Below, piece after piece: positions 33,221 through 43,132 of a DNA stretch of 64,000 nt. This DNA comes from Patescibacteria group bacterium. GTDB taxonomy: Bacteria; Patescibacteriota; Patescibacteriia; JACRDY01. The notes beneath the pieces are model-generated. The model was given only the letters and a program-made list of their open reading frames with translations, did no database searches and had not been told where the DNA came from. Positions within the stretch are counted from its first letter, which is position 1; each line of letters starts with the position of its first letter. The stretch spans positions 2,034-66,033 of the forward strand of contig JBAZLA010000005.1 of NCBI GenBank assembly GCA_041650515.1. The letters run 5' to 3'. A program made the translations under genes and the position numbers.

Positions 33221-33454
33221 TTATACTTTTTTTTCTTTTTTGTAAAACCATTCATAAATCCCCAGACCCCAATTAAAAGTGTAAATTATGGAGAGTAGCA
33301 GTATCCCCCACTGTTTATGAATAATGGTAGTCATAAACCAGAATGGTTGGGAACAGAGTCCGAGAACAAACCCCCATTTATTTTTTTTAGCCACCAAAAA
33401 GATGGCGCTAGCGCCAAAGACAGCAATACCAATTTGAGTGATGAGATCAAGCAT
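33221..33454 (-). CDS. small membrane protein (77 aa)
   Basis: Two to three TM helices. Faces the glyQS promoter region. Confidence 0.4.
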   Translation of the reverse strand: MLDLITQIGIAVFGASAIFLVAKKNKWGFVLGLCSQPFWFMTTIIHKQWGILLLSIIYTFNWGLGIYEWFYKKEKKV

Positions 33455-33544
33455 ATTAGATAGTACACAGTACTTAATGCATAGCGCACGGAGAAGTAAT
33501 AATTTCTGTCGCGGAATATAAATTACTATGTACTAGGTACTATT

Positions 33545-34096
33545 TTAGACAGTCATGATTTCTTTTTCTTTTTCTTCGCTTAAGGTTTTAATCTGATCGT
33601 TAAACTGGGTGGTTAGTTCGTCGAGTTTTTTCTGGAGGTTGTATCGGTCATCCTCGGTAATTTCTTTATTTTTTTCTTGTTTTAAAATTTCGTCGCGAGC
33701 CCTATCGCGTAAGCTGCGAATATTAATCCGAGCGGCTTCGGTTTTTTCTTTAGCCACCTTAATTAGTTTGAGGCGGCTTTCTTCGGTTAGTGGTGCTAAC
33801 ACCAAGCGGATCAATTTGCCTTCATTAATCACGCTAAAGCCAAGATTAGCCATGCCTAGGCCTTTTTCGACTTCTTTGATAATACTTTTATCCCACGGAT
33901 CAACAGTTAAGGTTTTGGCATCAGTGCCGGCAATACTAGCGACTTGTTTGAGCGGCATTTTGGCGCCATAGGATTCGACTAAAACATTTTCGATCATCGC
34001 TGGATTAGCGCGGCCAGTCCGTAGGCTCTTAAGATCTTCGGTATAATGATGGATCGCTTTGGTAAACTCGGGCTTTTGGTCATCAACGATTGACAT
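33545..34096 (-). CDS. frr: ribosome recycling factor
   Basis: 183 aa. Characteristic RRF sequence (TEDLKSLRTGRANPAMIENV...). Confidence 0.9.
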   Translation of the reverse strand: MSIVDDQKPEFTKAIHHYTEDLKSLRTGRANPAMIENVLVESYGAKMPLKQVASIAGTDAKTLTVDPWDKSIIKEVEKGLGMANLGFSVINEGKLIRLVLAPLTEESRLKLIKVAKEKTEAARINIRSLRDRARDEILKQEKNKEITEDDRYNLQKKLDELTTQFNDQIKTLSEEKEKEIMTV

Positions 34097-34130
34097 ATTT
34101 ATATCTGTTATTTGTTATCGGCAGACTTAG

Positions 34131-35219
34131 TTATTTTTGTTTTACTCCCATATAGACGATTTTAGGATTTTTAGGGTCGATAATTAGCCCAGAGCAAGCG
34201 CGACTAGTTGGTAAATTTTGGCTGATCCAGCTGGTACCGCCGTCTAGGCTGCGAACAAAAATAGTGTCGGTACAATAGTAAAGGCCGTCACTATTCTCTG
34301 GATCGATGGCCACGGCCAAAATTTTGTCTTTACCAGTGGAGGAGAGGAGCTCGATATTTTGCCAGGTTTGACCGCCGTCAGTGGTTCTCAGTAAGCCCCA
34401 ATTAGAAACCAGGATGAATGAATTTCTTTTGGTAGTATCTTGAACCAGATCTTTAAAATCCATTGCGCCGGGTAAATCTTTAAGCGCGCCTTGATCATTA
34501 ATCTCAACCCAACTGTTTCCAGCATCAGTGGTTTTGTATAGCCCCGCGTTTTTGGTCGCAAAATAAACCCGTCGCGTGTCTTGGCTGTCAATCAAGATTC
34601 TGATTACTTCTTGACCCCAATCTCGGCTGACTCGTTTGATTGTCTGCCAGCTAATGCCGGCGTCGGTACTTTTCATAATGTCACCGACCTGGGTGCCGGC
34701 GTAGACTATATTGGGATTGTAAAAATCAACCGCCACTGAATAGACATTATTTTCGGCTCGATCGGTAATATAGATTTGTTTCCAGGTGCGACCACAATTA
34801 GTGCTTTTAAAAATACGGTTAGTGGCGGCGACATAGAGATGGCAGCTGTCTTTGGCATCGATTGCCACATCATTGATCACGCTCATCTCGTTTAATCTCT
34901 CGCGAGGTCGTAGCCAACTGTCGGCGCCGTCATAGGAGAAAAAAAGATTTTGGCCGTTACTGGCTAGATAGATTGTTGAAGAATCTTGGGGGTCGAGTAG
35001 CAATTTGTTAACGTTGACGGTGTTAATCGCTGCCGGCGTGCCGGTGGTGGTCGGAACCAACACTTTACTAACCAAGGTTTCGCCTTTATCAGTGGATTTA
35101 TAAACTCCCCCGTCGTTAGCGATTGGTTGCTCTGAGCCAGGTAGGCCAATAACAGTACAGCCGCTAATAACTAAGGCTAAAATTACTAGTAAAAAACCCA
35201 CTAAAAATTTTCGTCGCAT
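34131..35219 (-). CDS. BNR/Asp-box repeat lipoprotein (beta-propeller, sialidase-like fold without obvious catalytic residues)
   Basis: Lipobox LVISGC. Six or more S/T-x-D-x-G-x-T/S-W Asp-box repeats (STDKGETL, STNCGRTW, STDAGISW, TTDAGNSW, TTDGGQTW, LDGGTSW). Confidence 0.7.
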   Translation of the reverse strand: MRRKFLVGFLLVILALVISGCTVIGLPGSEQPIANDGGVYKSTDKGETLVSKVLVPTTTGTPAAINTVNVNKLLLDPQDSSTIYLASNGQNLFFSYDGADSWLRPRERLNEMSVINDVAIDAKDSCHLYVAATNRIFKSTNCGRTWKQIYITDRAENNVYSVAVDFYNPNIVYAGTQVGDIMKSTDAGISWQTIKRVSRDWGQEVIRILIDSQDTRRVYFATKNAGLYKTTDAGNSWVEINDQGALKDLPGAMDFKDLVQDTTKRNSFILVSNWGLLRTTDGGQTWQNIELLSSTGKDKILAVAIDPENSDGLYYCTDTIFVRSLDGGTSWISQNLPTSRACSGLIIDPKNPKIVYMGVKQK

Positions 35220-35223
35220 AAGT

Positions 35224-36270
35224 TTAAAAATTTAGAATTAATGCCTCGAGGGCTAATTGAGGGTTGATGTTATTTTTTAGTAATACTTTAGTTTCGGCGA
35301 TGGCCTCTAGCCAACTGGCGATTACCTGGTTTTCTTGTTTGATAATAGCATTTTTTTTGATTTTGTCTAAGAGCCAAAAGTTGGTTAAGCCGGTTGGTAT
35401 CCCCTCCTGGTGATAGTTCTTGACCAGTAAAATGTCTCGCAGCGCGGTGGACCAAATGTTGAGTATTTGGTTTAGCTGTTGGCTTCTGGCAGTTGAATCT
35501 TTATTTTTTTCGGTTAGTTTTTGAACAATTTTTAATTTGGTCGTTAAATTATTATTTAATAGTTCGAAAAATTGTTCCAACGTTTTTTGATAATCAGCAT
35601 AAAGATCAGGCTGTTGGTAAAATTTGATTGCTTGGCCGGGTCGGCCGGCGGCTAGGTATGATAGCTCATCGGCTAGCTGACGGTTGCTACCTAGCTCAAG
35701 CAGATAAGAATAAATATCATTGCGGCTGACTAATTCAAATTTGATTTTTTGACAGCGGGAGGCAATAGTTTGTGGCAATGATTCTAATTTTTCCGCCAAG
35801 AGGATAATGATTACTTTGTCAGCCGGTTCTTCCAAAATTTTTAGTAAAGCGTTAGCGGCTTCGATATTTAGCAAATCGGCTGGATCAACAATCCCAATTT
35901 TGTAGGAATCTAGGAATGAACCTTTTTGCAGCCGGCTGCGAAGCTCGCGGATCTGGTCAACACTAATATTTTTTTTGAGCTTTTTGGTTTTGGTGTCTCG
36001 CTCTTGGCAAAGCCAGATAACGTCAGGGTGGATATTTTTGGTTAGCTGTTGGCAGTTGAGACAGTTATTACAGGGTTGACCCGATTCAGGATTTTGACAG
36101 AACAAAGCCGCGATAAAGTTTTGAACAATTTTTCCCTTACCAATGTTGGTTGGGCCATAGAATAAATAAGCGTGAGAAGTAGTTTGTGATTTTAGGCTTT
36201 TTTTCAAAAAATCAACCACGTTTTGATGGCCGACAATTCCCCAGTTTTGGCTAAAATTTGGCTTACTCAT
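35224..36270 (-). CDS. holB: DNA polymerase III delta' subunit
   Basis: AAA+ clamp-loader N-domain (HAYLFYGPTNIGK) and a zinc module (CQNPESGQPCNNCLNC). Confidence 0.8.
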   Translation of the reverse strand: MSKPNFSQNWGIVGHQNVVDFLKKSLKSQTTSHAYLFYGPTNIGKGKIVQNFIAALFCQNPESGQPCNNCLNCQQLTKNIHPDVIWLCQERDTKTKKLKKNISVDQIRELRSRLQKGSFLDSYKIGIVDPADLLNIEAANALLKILEEPADKVIIILLAEKLESLPQTIASRCQKIKFELVSRNDIYSYLLELGSNRQLADELSYLAAGRPGQAIKFYQQPDLYADYQKTLEQFFELLNNNLTTKLKIVQKLTEKNKDSTARSQQLNQILNIWSTALRDILLVKNYHQEGIPTGLTNFWLLDKIKKNAIIKQENQVIASWLEAIAETKVLLKNNINPQLALEALILNF

Positions 36271-36339
36271 AACCCAATTTTAGCAGGAAAATTTAGCTTT
36301 AACAAGCAAATATTGACAAATATCTGATTCTAGTATATC

Positions 36340-36573
36340 CTTATGTTCATCTTTGGCATTTTCAGGAGGGCTCGTGGCTAAAGTCAAACATTTCGTTAGT
36401 GGTCATTTGTCACGGTTGGATCGGCATCACCGGATGCTGCGCGATTTGCACATGGTAAGTTGCAGCCGAGGGGAGAGCACTCCCCTAACTGATCTCGCCG
36501 TGATGCACGGTCTGCGCTTCGCACTCTCCGCCCTCGGGCGAGTCTAGTCCGTTTTCCCAGCGGACTTTTTTTA
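36340..36573 (+). other. GC-rich, hairpin-dense non-coding segment (candidate structured RNA / long 5' leader) ending in an intrinsic terminator
   Basis: ~230 nt, visibly more G+C-rich than the flanks. Multiple local hairpins (gcatc-accg-gatgc; gggga-gagcac-tcccc; ccgtg-atg-cacgg; cgcc-ctcg-ggcg). It ends with agtccgttttcccagcggact followed by a T7 run. No convincing ORF on either strand. Confidence 0.25.
36546..36573 (+). terminator. rho-independent terminator / attenuator
   Basis: Hairpin agtccg-ttttccca-gcggact followed by ttttttt. Confidence 0.55.
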
Positions 36574-36673
36574 TTGCTATTTTTATTAAATTTGAGGTAA
36601 GATATTGACATTTTTGTTAAAAAATGCTATTTTTTTAAATTACATTTTGACAACCTACAAGCAGGAGGAGTAA

Positions 36674-37147
36674 GTGTCTCGCGATGATAAGAGTCGCCGA
36701 CCTGGCATTATCGCCGCGATACTCACGCTGGATGCTAGGCGATCACTCCTTGATTCAGTCTCGCCGCGGTACCCAGTGGTGTACGCACACCACCTCACTT
36801 TGGCTTTTCGGCCGGCTGAAGCAACGTACGAAAAATACGCTGCGTTTCTAGGTAAGCCCTGCCTCATTCGGGTGATGGAAGAGGTTTGGGATGGCCAAGG
36901 CCAAGCCGTCAGAGTGAGTATTGAGACAGCGGGGGCAGAGAGTAATTGTCCCCACATCACAGTGAGTTGTGTCGATAGCGTAGCGCCTAAATATAGCCAG
37001 AAGCTCCTGGCAAATGCTGCAGCTTCGTCGCGGCCACTGAGTCTCCAGTTAGGGGCGGTAATTTGTTTTATGACGTTTAGAGAGTGGGATAAGAGATTCT
37101 CGCCTCAACCGTCAAAGACGTCGCCACCATCGCCACCTAAAACTTGA
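36674..37147 (+). CDS. 2H-phosphoesterase-like protein (two H-x-T-x motifs), GTG start
   Basis: SD aggagg 6 nt upstream of GTG. Motifs AHHLTLAF and CPHITVSC with spacing typical of the LigT/2H family. GC-rich gene in an AT-rich genome. Pro/Ser-rich C-terminal tail. Confidence 0.5.
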   Translation: MSRDDKSRRPGIIAAILTLDARRSLLDSVSPRYPVVYAHHLTLAFRPAEATYEKYAAFLGKPCLIRVMEEVWDGQGQAVRVSIETAGAESNCPHITVSCVDSVAPKYSQKLLANAAASSRPLSLQLGAVICFMTFREWDKRFSPQPSKTSPPSPPKT

Positions 37148-37167
37148 AAGCAAGGTAGGTGGTTTTT

Positions 37168-38295
37168 TTATTTATTTAAAATTTGAGATAAAATTTCCCA
37201 GGTTTTTTGAGCCGTCTGCTGCCAGCTAAAATAAGTGACGTGTTCTAATCCCCTTTTAGCTAATGAATCTTCGAATTCGGGATCTTTAGCTAGTTTAAGA
37301 ATTTGGCGACCGATTTCTTCGGGTTTTTCTGGATCAACTAAAACCGCCGCGGCGTTAGCCACTTCCGGCATTGCTGAGCGGTTACTGGTAATCACCGGGC
37401 AGCCACAGGCCATAGCTTCGATGATTGGGATGCCAAAACCTTCATAGAATGACGGGAAGAGAAAACATTCAGCCGCGTTAAAGATATAAGGCAGGTCGGC
37501 TTGGGCTACCCAGCCCGGGCGGATGATTTTGTTTTGGTATGGCGAAGCGGTAATCTCTTTCTCAATTTTGGGATAGCCATGGCCCTCGGGGCCGATTAAT
37601 AACAGTTGATATTTGATATTTGGTATCTGGGAATTTAAATAATTAAAAGCTTGAATAATACCAATAGTGTTCTTTTTAAGTTCTAGTCGGCCAACTGAAA
37701 GTAAAAATGGTTTTTTAATTTGATATTTAGCCAGGATTTGGTTTATTTGTTCCGAGTCGTTGATTATCCGGTACTCTTGATTATCATAACCCAAGGGTAT
37801 AGCAGTAATTTTGTCAGCGGGAAACTGGTAAAATTTTTGTAGATCATCTTTAGTGGCTGATGAAGGCACAAATACTTTTTTGGCGTGTTTTTTAGCTAGG
37901 TTAACAGCAAAATTTTGGTACCAGCTTTCAGTGCCGCTATAAGCACCTGGAAAATGTTTATAGGCGATATCGGGCAGAGTGGTGGCAACTTTTTGGCCGT
38001 GGATTAAGGGGATGACATGTGCTGGGATAAAGAGCAGGTCAACTGGGTGAAGTAGGATTTCCCAGGACAATCGCAAATGTGTCCATAAAATCTGCGGTGG
38101 CCAATTAAGAACTTTTGATCGCCAATTGGGTGGTAAATCAGCTAGTTTCCCGGTTAGCTTTTCTTGGGAATATAAAACTACCTCCACTTCGGGAGGAATA
38201 ATTTTTTTAAATTTTTGAATAATATGATAAGCGTACCACTCGACGCCGGTTTTTTGGTCGCGATTAGCTCGCGAAGCATCGATACCCAATTTCAT
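37168..38295 (-). CDS. glycosyltransferase family 4 (GT-B, GT1/GT4 clan)
   Basis: C-terminal E-x7-E region (FPSFYEGFGIPIIEAMACGCPVITS). Confidence 0.8.
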   Translation of the reverse strand: MKLGIDASRANRDQKTGVEWYAYHIIQKFKKIIPPEVEVVLYSQEKLTGKLADLPPNWRSKVLNWPPQILWTHLRLSWEILLHPVDLLFIPAHVIPLIHGQKVATTLPDIAYKHFPGAYSGTESWYQNFAVNLAKKHAKKVFVPSSATKDDLQKFYQFPADKITAIPLGYDNQEYRIINDSEQINQILAKYQIKKPFLLSVGRLELKKNTIGIIQAFNYLNSQIPNIKYQLLLIGPEGHGYPKIEKEITASPYQNKIIRPGWVAQADLPYIFNAAECFLFPSFYEGFGIPIIEAMACGCPVITSNRSAMPEVANAAAVLVDPEKPEEIGRQILKLAKDPEFEDSLAKRGLEHVTYFSWQQTAQKTWEILSQILNK

Positions 38296-38358
38296 AAATA
38301 GTTGCCAGTGGCAAGTAGCAAGCGTACTTTCAAACTCGCTACTCGTAACTTGTTACTG

Positions 38359-39366
38359 TTATTTAGTGGCTAAGATACTGCGTTTGTAGCTTTCTAGATT
38401 ATCTAAAGCAATACCGGTACCACGGACAACGCAAAGTAGTGGATCGTCGGCAACATAGGCCGCCACGCCAGTGGCTCGGGAAACCAGCTGGTCGATATTG
38501 CGGAGCAGGCTCGAGCCGCCGCTCATAATAATACCTTTATCAATAACATCAGCCGAGAGTTCTGGTGGGGTTTTGTGTAGCACTTCTTTGACAGCGGCGA
38601 TAATACCTTCTAGCTCACCCTGGATAGCATCGGTTACATCGTCAGAAGTAACGGTAATCGTTTTGGGCAAACCACTAACGATATCTCGGCCGCGGATTTC
38701 CATCGAGAGGCGGTCTTCCATATAGAGCGCCGAGCCGATTTCGATTTTTATTTCTTCAGCTGTTCGCTCGCCAATCGCTAGGCCATATTTTTTTCTAATA
38801 TACTCAGTAATTGCTAAATCAAACTTATTACCGCCGATCCGAACCGAGGTTGAAGCAACAATACCGCCCAAAGAGATGACCGCCATTTCGGCAGTACCAC
38901 CGCCGATATCAATAACCATATGACCAGAGGCTGAGCCAATTGGGATATTAGCACCAATCGCTGCCACGATTGGTTCTTTAATAATATAAGCAGCGCGAGC
39001 GCCAGCGGCAATCGTGGCGTCGATCACAGCGCGTTTTTCAGTTGAAGTGATACCGGCTGGTACGGCAACCATTACTTCAGGGCGAAATAGATGAACACCG
39101 CCGAGAGCTTTATTAATAAAATAGCGAAGCATGGCTTCGGTAGTTTTATAATCAGCGATTACGCCGTCTTTGAGCGGACGTTTAGCAACAATAGTATCGG
39201 GGGTACGGCCGATCATTTCTTTCGCTTCTTTACCAACAGCGAGGATTTTTTTGTCGATTGTTGAGACAGCAACCACTGATGGTTCGTTAATAATCACTCC
39301 CCGTTTCGGGATATGAACTAAGACATTAGTGGTGCCCAGATCGATACCGATTTTCTTAATAAACAT
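38359..39366 (-). CDS. mreB: rod shape-determining protein MreB (actin homolog)
   Basis: IGIDLGTTNVLV phosphate-1 motif and an actin fold of 335 aa. Confidence 0.9.
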   Translation of the reverse strand: MFIKKIGIDLGTTNVLVHIPKRGVIINEPSVVAVSTIDKKILAVGKEAKEMIGRTPDTIVAKRPLKDGVIADYKTTEAMLRYFINKALGGVHLFRPEVMVAVPAGITSTEKRAVIDATIAAGARAAYIIKEPIVAAIGANIPIGSASGHMVIDIGGGTAEMAVISLGGIVASTSVRIGGNKFDLAITEYIRKKYGLAIGERTAEEIKIEIGSALYMEDRLSMEIRGRDIVSGLPKTITVTSDDVTDAIQGELEGIIAAVKEVLHKTPPELSADVIDKGIIMSGGSSLLRNIDQLVSRATGVAAYVADDPLLCVVRGTGIALDNLESYKRSILATK

Positions 39367-39386
39367 AAACTATTTTTTGGCTAAAT

Positions 39387-41243
39387 TTAGGGATAAATTT
39401 CGATTTGGCGATCAATTAATAAGTCAGTTTGGTAAGCTTTTTCTGAGTTATCCAATTTTACTCTAATATTTAGTTTGTGTCCAATTGTGCCTGCCTGCTT
39501 TTGGACTAAAAGACTATATATTCCTTGGTTAGCTAAATCCACTAATTTTGTTGGCAATAAATACTCTAAATTAACTGTTTTAGTCTTACCTGGTTCGACA
39601 GTAATCAAGCCACCAAAGACTGTTTTATCTAGCTCATCGTAGTGGTCTAGATCTTGGAGGTCAGAGCTGAGTAGTTGGCTGCCGAGTGGTGTGTAGATGC
39701 GGGTATAAGTTTTTAGTTGGGAAGTGCGGTAATCCCGAGTGCCATGGTGGGTATAAGTTATCGTCAGTTTGGTTTTTAATTGGTCATTTATTTTTTCAAC
39801 TTGGTAATCAATCGCTCGATCCACCACACGGTCAGTTTTTAAGCTTGCCATATTAGAGTCGATAATCATCAAATAATCCTCAGTGGTGACCTTGGCTATT
39901 TCCCCGCCCCAGCCGTTGACCAGATAAAAGTTTTCAATAAATTTATTAGTGTCATAGAGGAGAATATGTTTTTCTTGTAAGTTGGAATCAATGGTTTCCA
40001 AAATAAGCGGCCATTGTCTAGCGGGCAATTCTTTAACTTTACTGATTAGCTGGTTGGCTAGTTCGCTGACTATTCCTTTGCGGGCAAAAACCGGCGTTGT
40101 TTTTTGGGCATAGCCAATTTCTACTTCGTATTGTAATTGATCAAGTAGATTATCTGGCGTAAAAGTCAGACCTTGAACGTTTAAATCGCCGATGTTACTC
40201 AAGATATCCGAAATAAACTGGGGGTCAATAGCAATGACGCCATCGATTGATTCTTGGCCGCCTTCTTGCTGATAAAACCAGATAATTTTTTCAGCGGTTA
40301 TTGGAAAATCCGGTGACCAGTTAGCGTCGCGGAGATACCAGTTCTTATTTAAATATTTTTTAATTGGCATCGGCGGTTCTACCCTAAGATATCCTTCAGT
40401 CGGGCCATCAAGAGCATAAATATCGTCGGTCCAAAATTCTTTAATTTCGCCGTTTTTGATTTTGAGAATGCCGTAAGTCCCAATAAAACCGCCGGTTGGT
40501 CTTAGCTCGGTATTATTTTGGAGAATAAATAGATAAGTCTTTTCCTGGGCGTAACCAGCTAAATAAGGGAAAATTTGGCTTAATGGTATGCCTTGATCGG
40601 TAATTTTATTGAGCAGTGGCAAGTATACTTTAATCAGTTCGGTTGCCTCTTGGAGCGGTCCGATCAAACCGGTTGGTGGTATTTTTTCTAGAGAAAGGGT
40701 GGCTAGATCAATCTCGGCCTGGGCGCCCTGTAAAAGCGGCGGGGCTTCAAAAAAACGTTTGAGGAAATATTCTTTTTGTTCTGGTGTTAGATCATTAATT
40801 GATGCGCCTTGATCTTGTAATGGCCGCCAAACATCTGCGGCGAAATTGGTAATTTCTTCTAGCGAGGTTGAGAGATTGCCGCCAATCGACAATAGATAGT
40901 CAGCTGCCTCAATCTGCTGGCCAATCTTAGGTAGCCATTTAATCTCTAATAGCTGGTTGGTAAATTGTTTAGCCAGGCTAAAATTATTTTTAGCGGCATT
41001 TAAATTAGCCGCGGTTTGAGTCAAATCTCCGGCCCGAAAGTTGTTTTGCGCCAATTCTAAATTTTGCTTTGCTTCCAGGGTCAGTTGATAGACATTATAG
41101 CCAGCCACAGCATATTTTATTCCCCAGATTAGACCGAGAAAAAATAAAAAGATTATTAGGTAGATACCAATCTTGAGCCAGCTAATTTTTTGATGTTCGG
41201 TTTTGTTAAACATGCAGTATTTATTAACGTGGTAGTTTGGCAC
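39387..41243 (-). CDS. DUF4012-domain membrane-anchored protein
   Basis: N-terminal TM helix, then a ~580-aa extracytoplasmic region with a TELRPTGGFIGTYG motif. Recalled from memory as DUF4012; not checked against a database. Confidence 0.55.
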   Translation of the reverse strand: MPNYHVNKYCMFNKTEHQKISWLKIGIYLIIFLFFLGLIWGIKYAVAGYNVYQLTLEAKQNLELAQNNFRAGDLTQTAANLNAAKNNFSLAKQFTNQLLEIKWLPKIGQQIEAADYLLSIGGNLSTSLEEITNFAADVWRPLQDQGASINDLTPEQKEYFLKRFFEAPPLLQGAQAEIDLATLSLEKIPPTGLIGPLQEATELIKVYLPLLNKITDQGIPLSQIFPYLAGYAQEKTYLFILQNNTELRPTGGFIGTYGILKIKNGEIKEFWTDDIYALDGPTEGYLRVEPPMPIKKYLNKNWYLRDANWSPDFPITAEKIIWFYQQEGGQESIDGVIAIDPQFISDILSNIGDLNVQGLTFTPDNLLDQLQYEVEIGYAQKTTPVFARKGIVSELANQLISKVKELPARQWPLILETIDSNLQEKHILLYDTNKFIENFYLVNGWGGEIAKVTTEDYLMIIDSNMASLKTDRVVDRAIDYQVEKINDQLKTKLTITYTHHGTRDYRTSQLKTYTRIYTPLGSQLLSSDLQDLDHYDELDKTVFGGLITVEPGKTKTVNLEYLLPTKLVDLANQGIYSLLVQKQAGTIGHKLNIRVKLDNSEKAYQTDLLIDRQIEIYP

Positions 41244-42024
41244 CTAGGTATTTGGCAAAATATTTTAGCCAGCTTTTAATATGTTCGCGACTAGTTTTAT
41301 TAATAAAACCCCAAATCCAGGATGTTTCGGCGGATGATCGTTGGTGGTAGTGGACTACTTCAGCATCGGCGAAATAGACCACCCGGTAGTCGTTTTCCCA
41401 AAAACGGCGGCAGTAGTCAACATCCTCGAAATACATAAAAAATCTTTCGTCAAAGAGACCAATTTTGTCCATCGCTGCTTTGCGAATAAACAAACAACCA
41501 CCCAGGAGCCAATCCACTTCCCTATTTTCTTTATGGTCCCAGTCCATCATCAAATATTTATAAACTAGATTGCGAGCGAACGGCAGTTTACCTAAGAAAG
41601 TGCGACGATAAAAGGGCATCATAAAAGTTGGGAAACGATAGCAGGAATATTGCATCGTGCCGTCAGGATTAATCAGTTTTGGTCCAACAATCCCCACTTC
41701 GGGCCGGCCATCCATGTAAACAATTATTTTATCTATTTCATTAGTTAAAATAGCAATATCTGGGTTGAGTGTTAGAATATAGCGGCCGGTAGCTTTTTTT
41801 AATGCTAAATTATTGCCACCGGCGTAGCCTAGGTTTTTTGGTGATTGAATAAATTTAATTTCTGGAAAGTCCTTTTTTATCATTTCGCCGCAACTGTCGC
41901 TAGGGTTATTATCAGTAACGATGACTTCGTAGTCTAATTTTAGATTCAAAAGTCGGATGCCCTTGAGGCACTGGCGGAGTAAACCCTTACTTTTATAATT
42001 TAAGATGACGATTGAGAGGTCCAT
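41224..42024 (-). CDS. glycosyltransferase family 2
   Basis: LSIVILNYKS..., DNNPSD (DxD-like) and GT-A fold motifs. Confidence 0.8.
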   Translation of the reverse strand: MDLSIVILNYKSKGLLRQCLKGIRLLNLKLDYEVIVTDNNPSDSCGEMIKKDFPEIKFIQSPKNLGYAGGNNLALKKATGRYILTLNPDIAILTNEIDKIIVYMDGRPEVGIVGPKLINPDGTMQYSCYRFPTFMMPFYRRTFLGKLPFARNLVYKYLMMDWDHKENREVDWLLGGCLFIRKAAMDKIGLFDERFFMYFEDVDYCRRFWENDYRVVYFADAEVVHYHQRSSAETSWIWGFINKTSREHIKSWLKYFAKYLGAKLPR

Positions 42025-42079
42025 AATAATAGTTGAAAGTTGTCGACTTTACGAATTTTATAACTTTATAACTTGTTAC

Positions 42080-43132
42080 TTACTTAAACCATTGTCTTAT
42101 TGCTTGGTTATTAATTTGACGCATTTTTTTGACTTGTTTTCGTTTAACTAGAGTTTGAGGTATAAATTTTAGACCCTTGATTAACATTTTTAGAGTGGCG
42201 GTTTCTAATATTAACACATAACCAATTTTTTTCAATTCATAGCCTAATATCCAAGGTAAATTGATAAAAAAATTACTCAATGATTCGTTTTTTAATAAAG
42301 TTAACCAATGGTTGCGATATGATAGTCGGTTAACAAATTTAGATTTGCGTCGTCGTTCTTTAATAGTTTTAAAATTATTGGCTCGGGCGCTGCCAAAACC
42401 ACTACGGTAGTGGTAGGCTTCAGCCGTCGGGACATATAATGCCGGATAGCCGGCTAACTGCAATCGCCAGGCTAAATCAACGTCATCCTTATACATAAAG
42501 AAATTTTCATCCAGATATTCATAATATTCCGCATCTTGACTCAGTTGAGATGATTTTTGGGGCCGCGCGATTTTGATTTTAGTTGCGGCTAGGGCCGTTC
42601 GACGATAAAGAACTAGATTACCCGAAATGCCAAAAACCGATTCGGTCTTAGAGTATTGACCCTTATCTTGTTCGCCTGCTCCTCGATCATAGAAACGGCG
42701 TGATTTAGTAGCAGCGATTCCTGCCGAGTCAATAATCTCTGGCTTGAGCGAGATATTATGGTCTTCTTGGAGACTAATTTTAAAGGTTTTACCGCCAAAA
42801 CTGCCAGCTTGGGGGTTTTGGTCGGCGATTTTAACTAGATTTTCCAAAAATGGCGTCGCTAGGACAACATCTTGGTTACAAAGCAAAATATATTCACTGT
42901 CCCAAAATTTGATTGCTTGATTATTAGATTTACAAAAACCTAAGTTTTTAAAATTTTGTAGGATGGTCACTTCCGGATAATTGGCTTTGATAAATTCTGT
43001 CGTTCCATCGTCTGAGGCATTATCCACGATTAGAACTTTAAAATCTTTAAAGGTTTGACTAAAGATTGATTTTAAACAGTCCTCAATATAACGACGGCCG
43101 TTCCAAGTGATGATGTTGATGGATACTTTCAT
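42080..43132 (-). CDS. glycosyltransferase family 2
   Basis: VSINIITWNGRRYIEDCLKSI...VDNASDDGT GT-A signature. Confidence 0.8.
   Translation of the reverse strand: MKVSINIITWNGRRYIEDCLKSIFSQTFKDFKVLIVDNASDDGTTEFIKANYPEVTILQNFKNLGFCKSNNQAIKFWDSEYILLCNQDVVLATPFLENLVKIADQNPQAGSFGGKTFKISLQEDHNISLKPEIIDSAGIAATKSRRFYDRGAGEQDKGQYSKTESVFGISGNLVLYRRTALAATKIKIARPQKSSQLSQDAEYYEYLDENFFMYKDDVDLAWRLQLAGYPALYVPTAEAYHYRSGFGSARANNFKTIKERRRKSKFVNRLSYRNHWLTLLKNESLSNFFINLPWILGYELKKIGYVLILETATLKMLIKGLKFIPQTLVKRKQVKKMRQINNQAIRQWFK

Noticed and set aside
36340-36573. Possible TPP riboswitch / RNase P / SRP / tmRNA identity for the GC-rich element
   Set aside because: A ctgatc fragment vaguely recalls the TPP aptamer. 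But the CUGAGA box, P3 arrangement and thi-gene context are missing. No RNase P P4 motif, no SRP domain-IV GGAAGCAGC motif, and no tmRNA tRNA-like ends or tag ORF were found. Left as an unclassified structured element.
36353-36960. ORFs 36353-36547(+), 36396-36611(-), 36655-36960(-)
   Set aside because: They lie in the GC-rich hairpin-dense segment, or antisense to the SD-supported 2H-phosphoesterase gene. Arg/Ala-rich translations are typical of random ORFs in GC-rich DNA, with no SD and mutual overlap.
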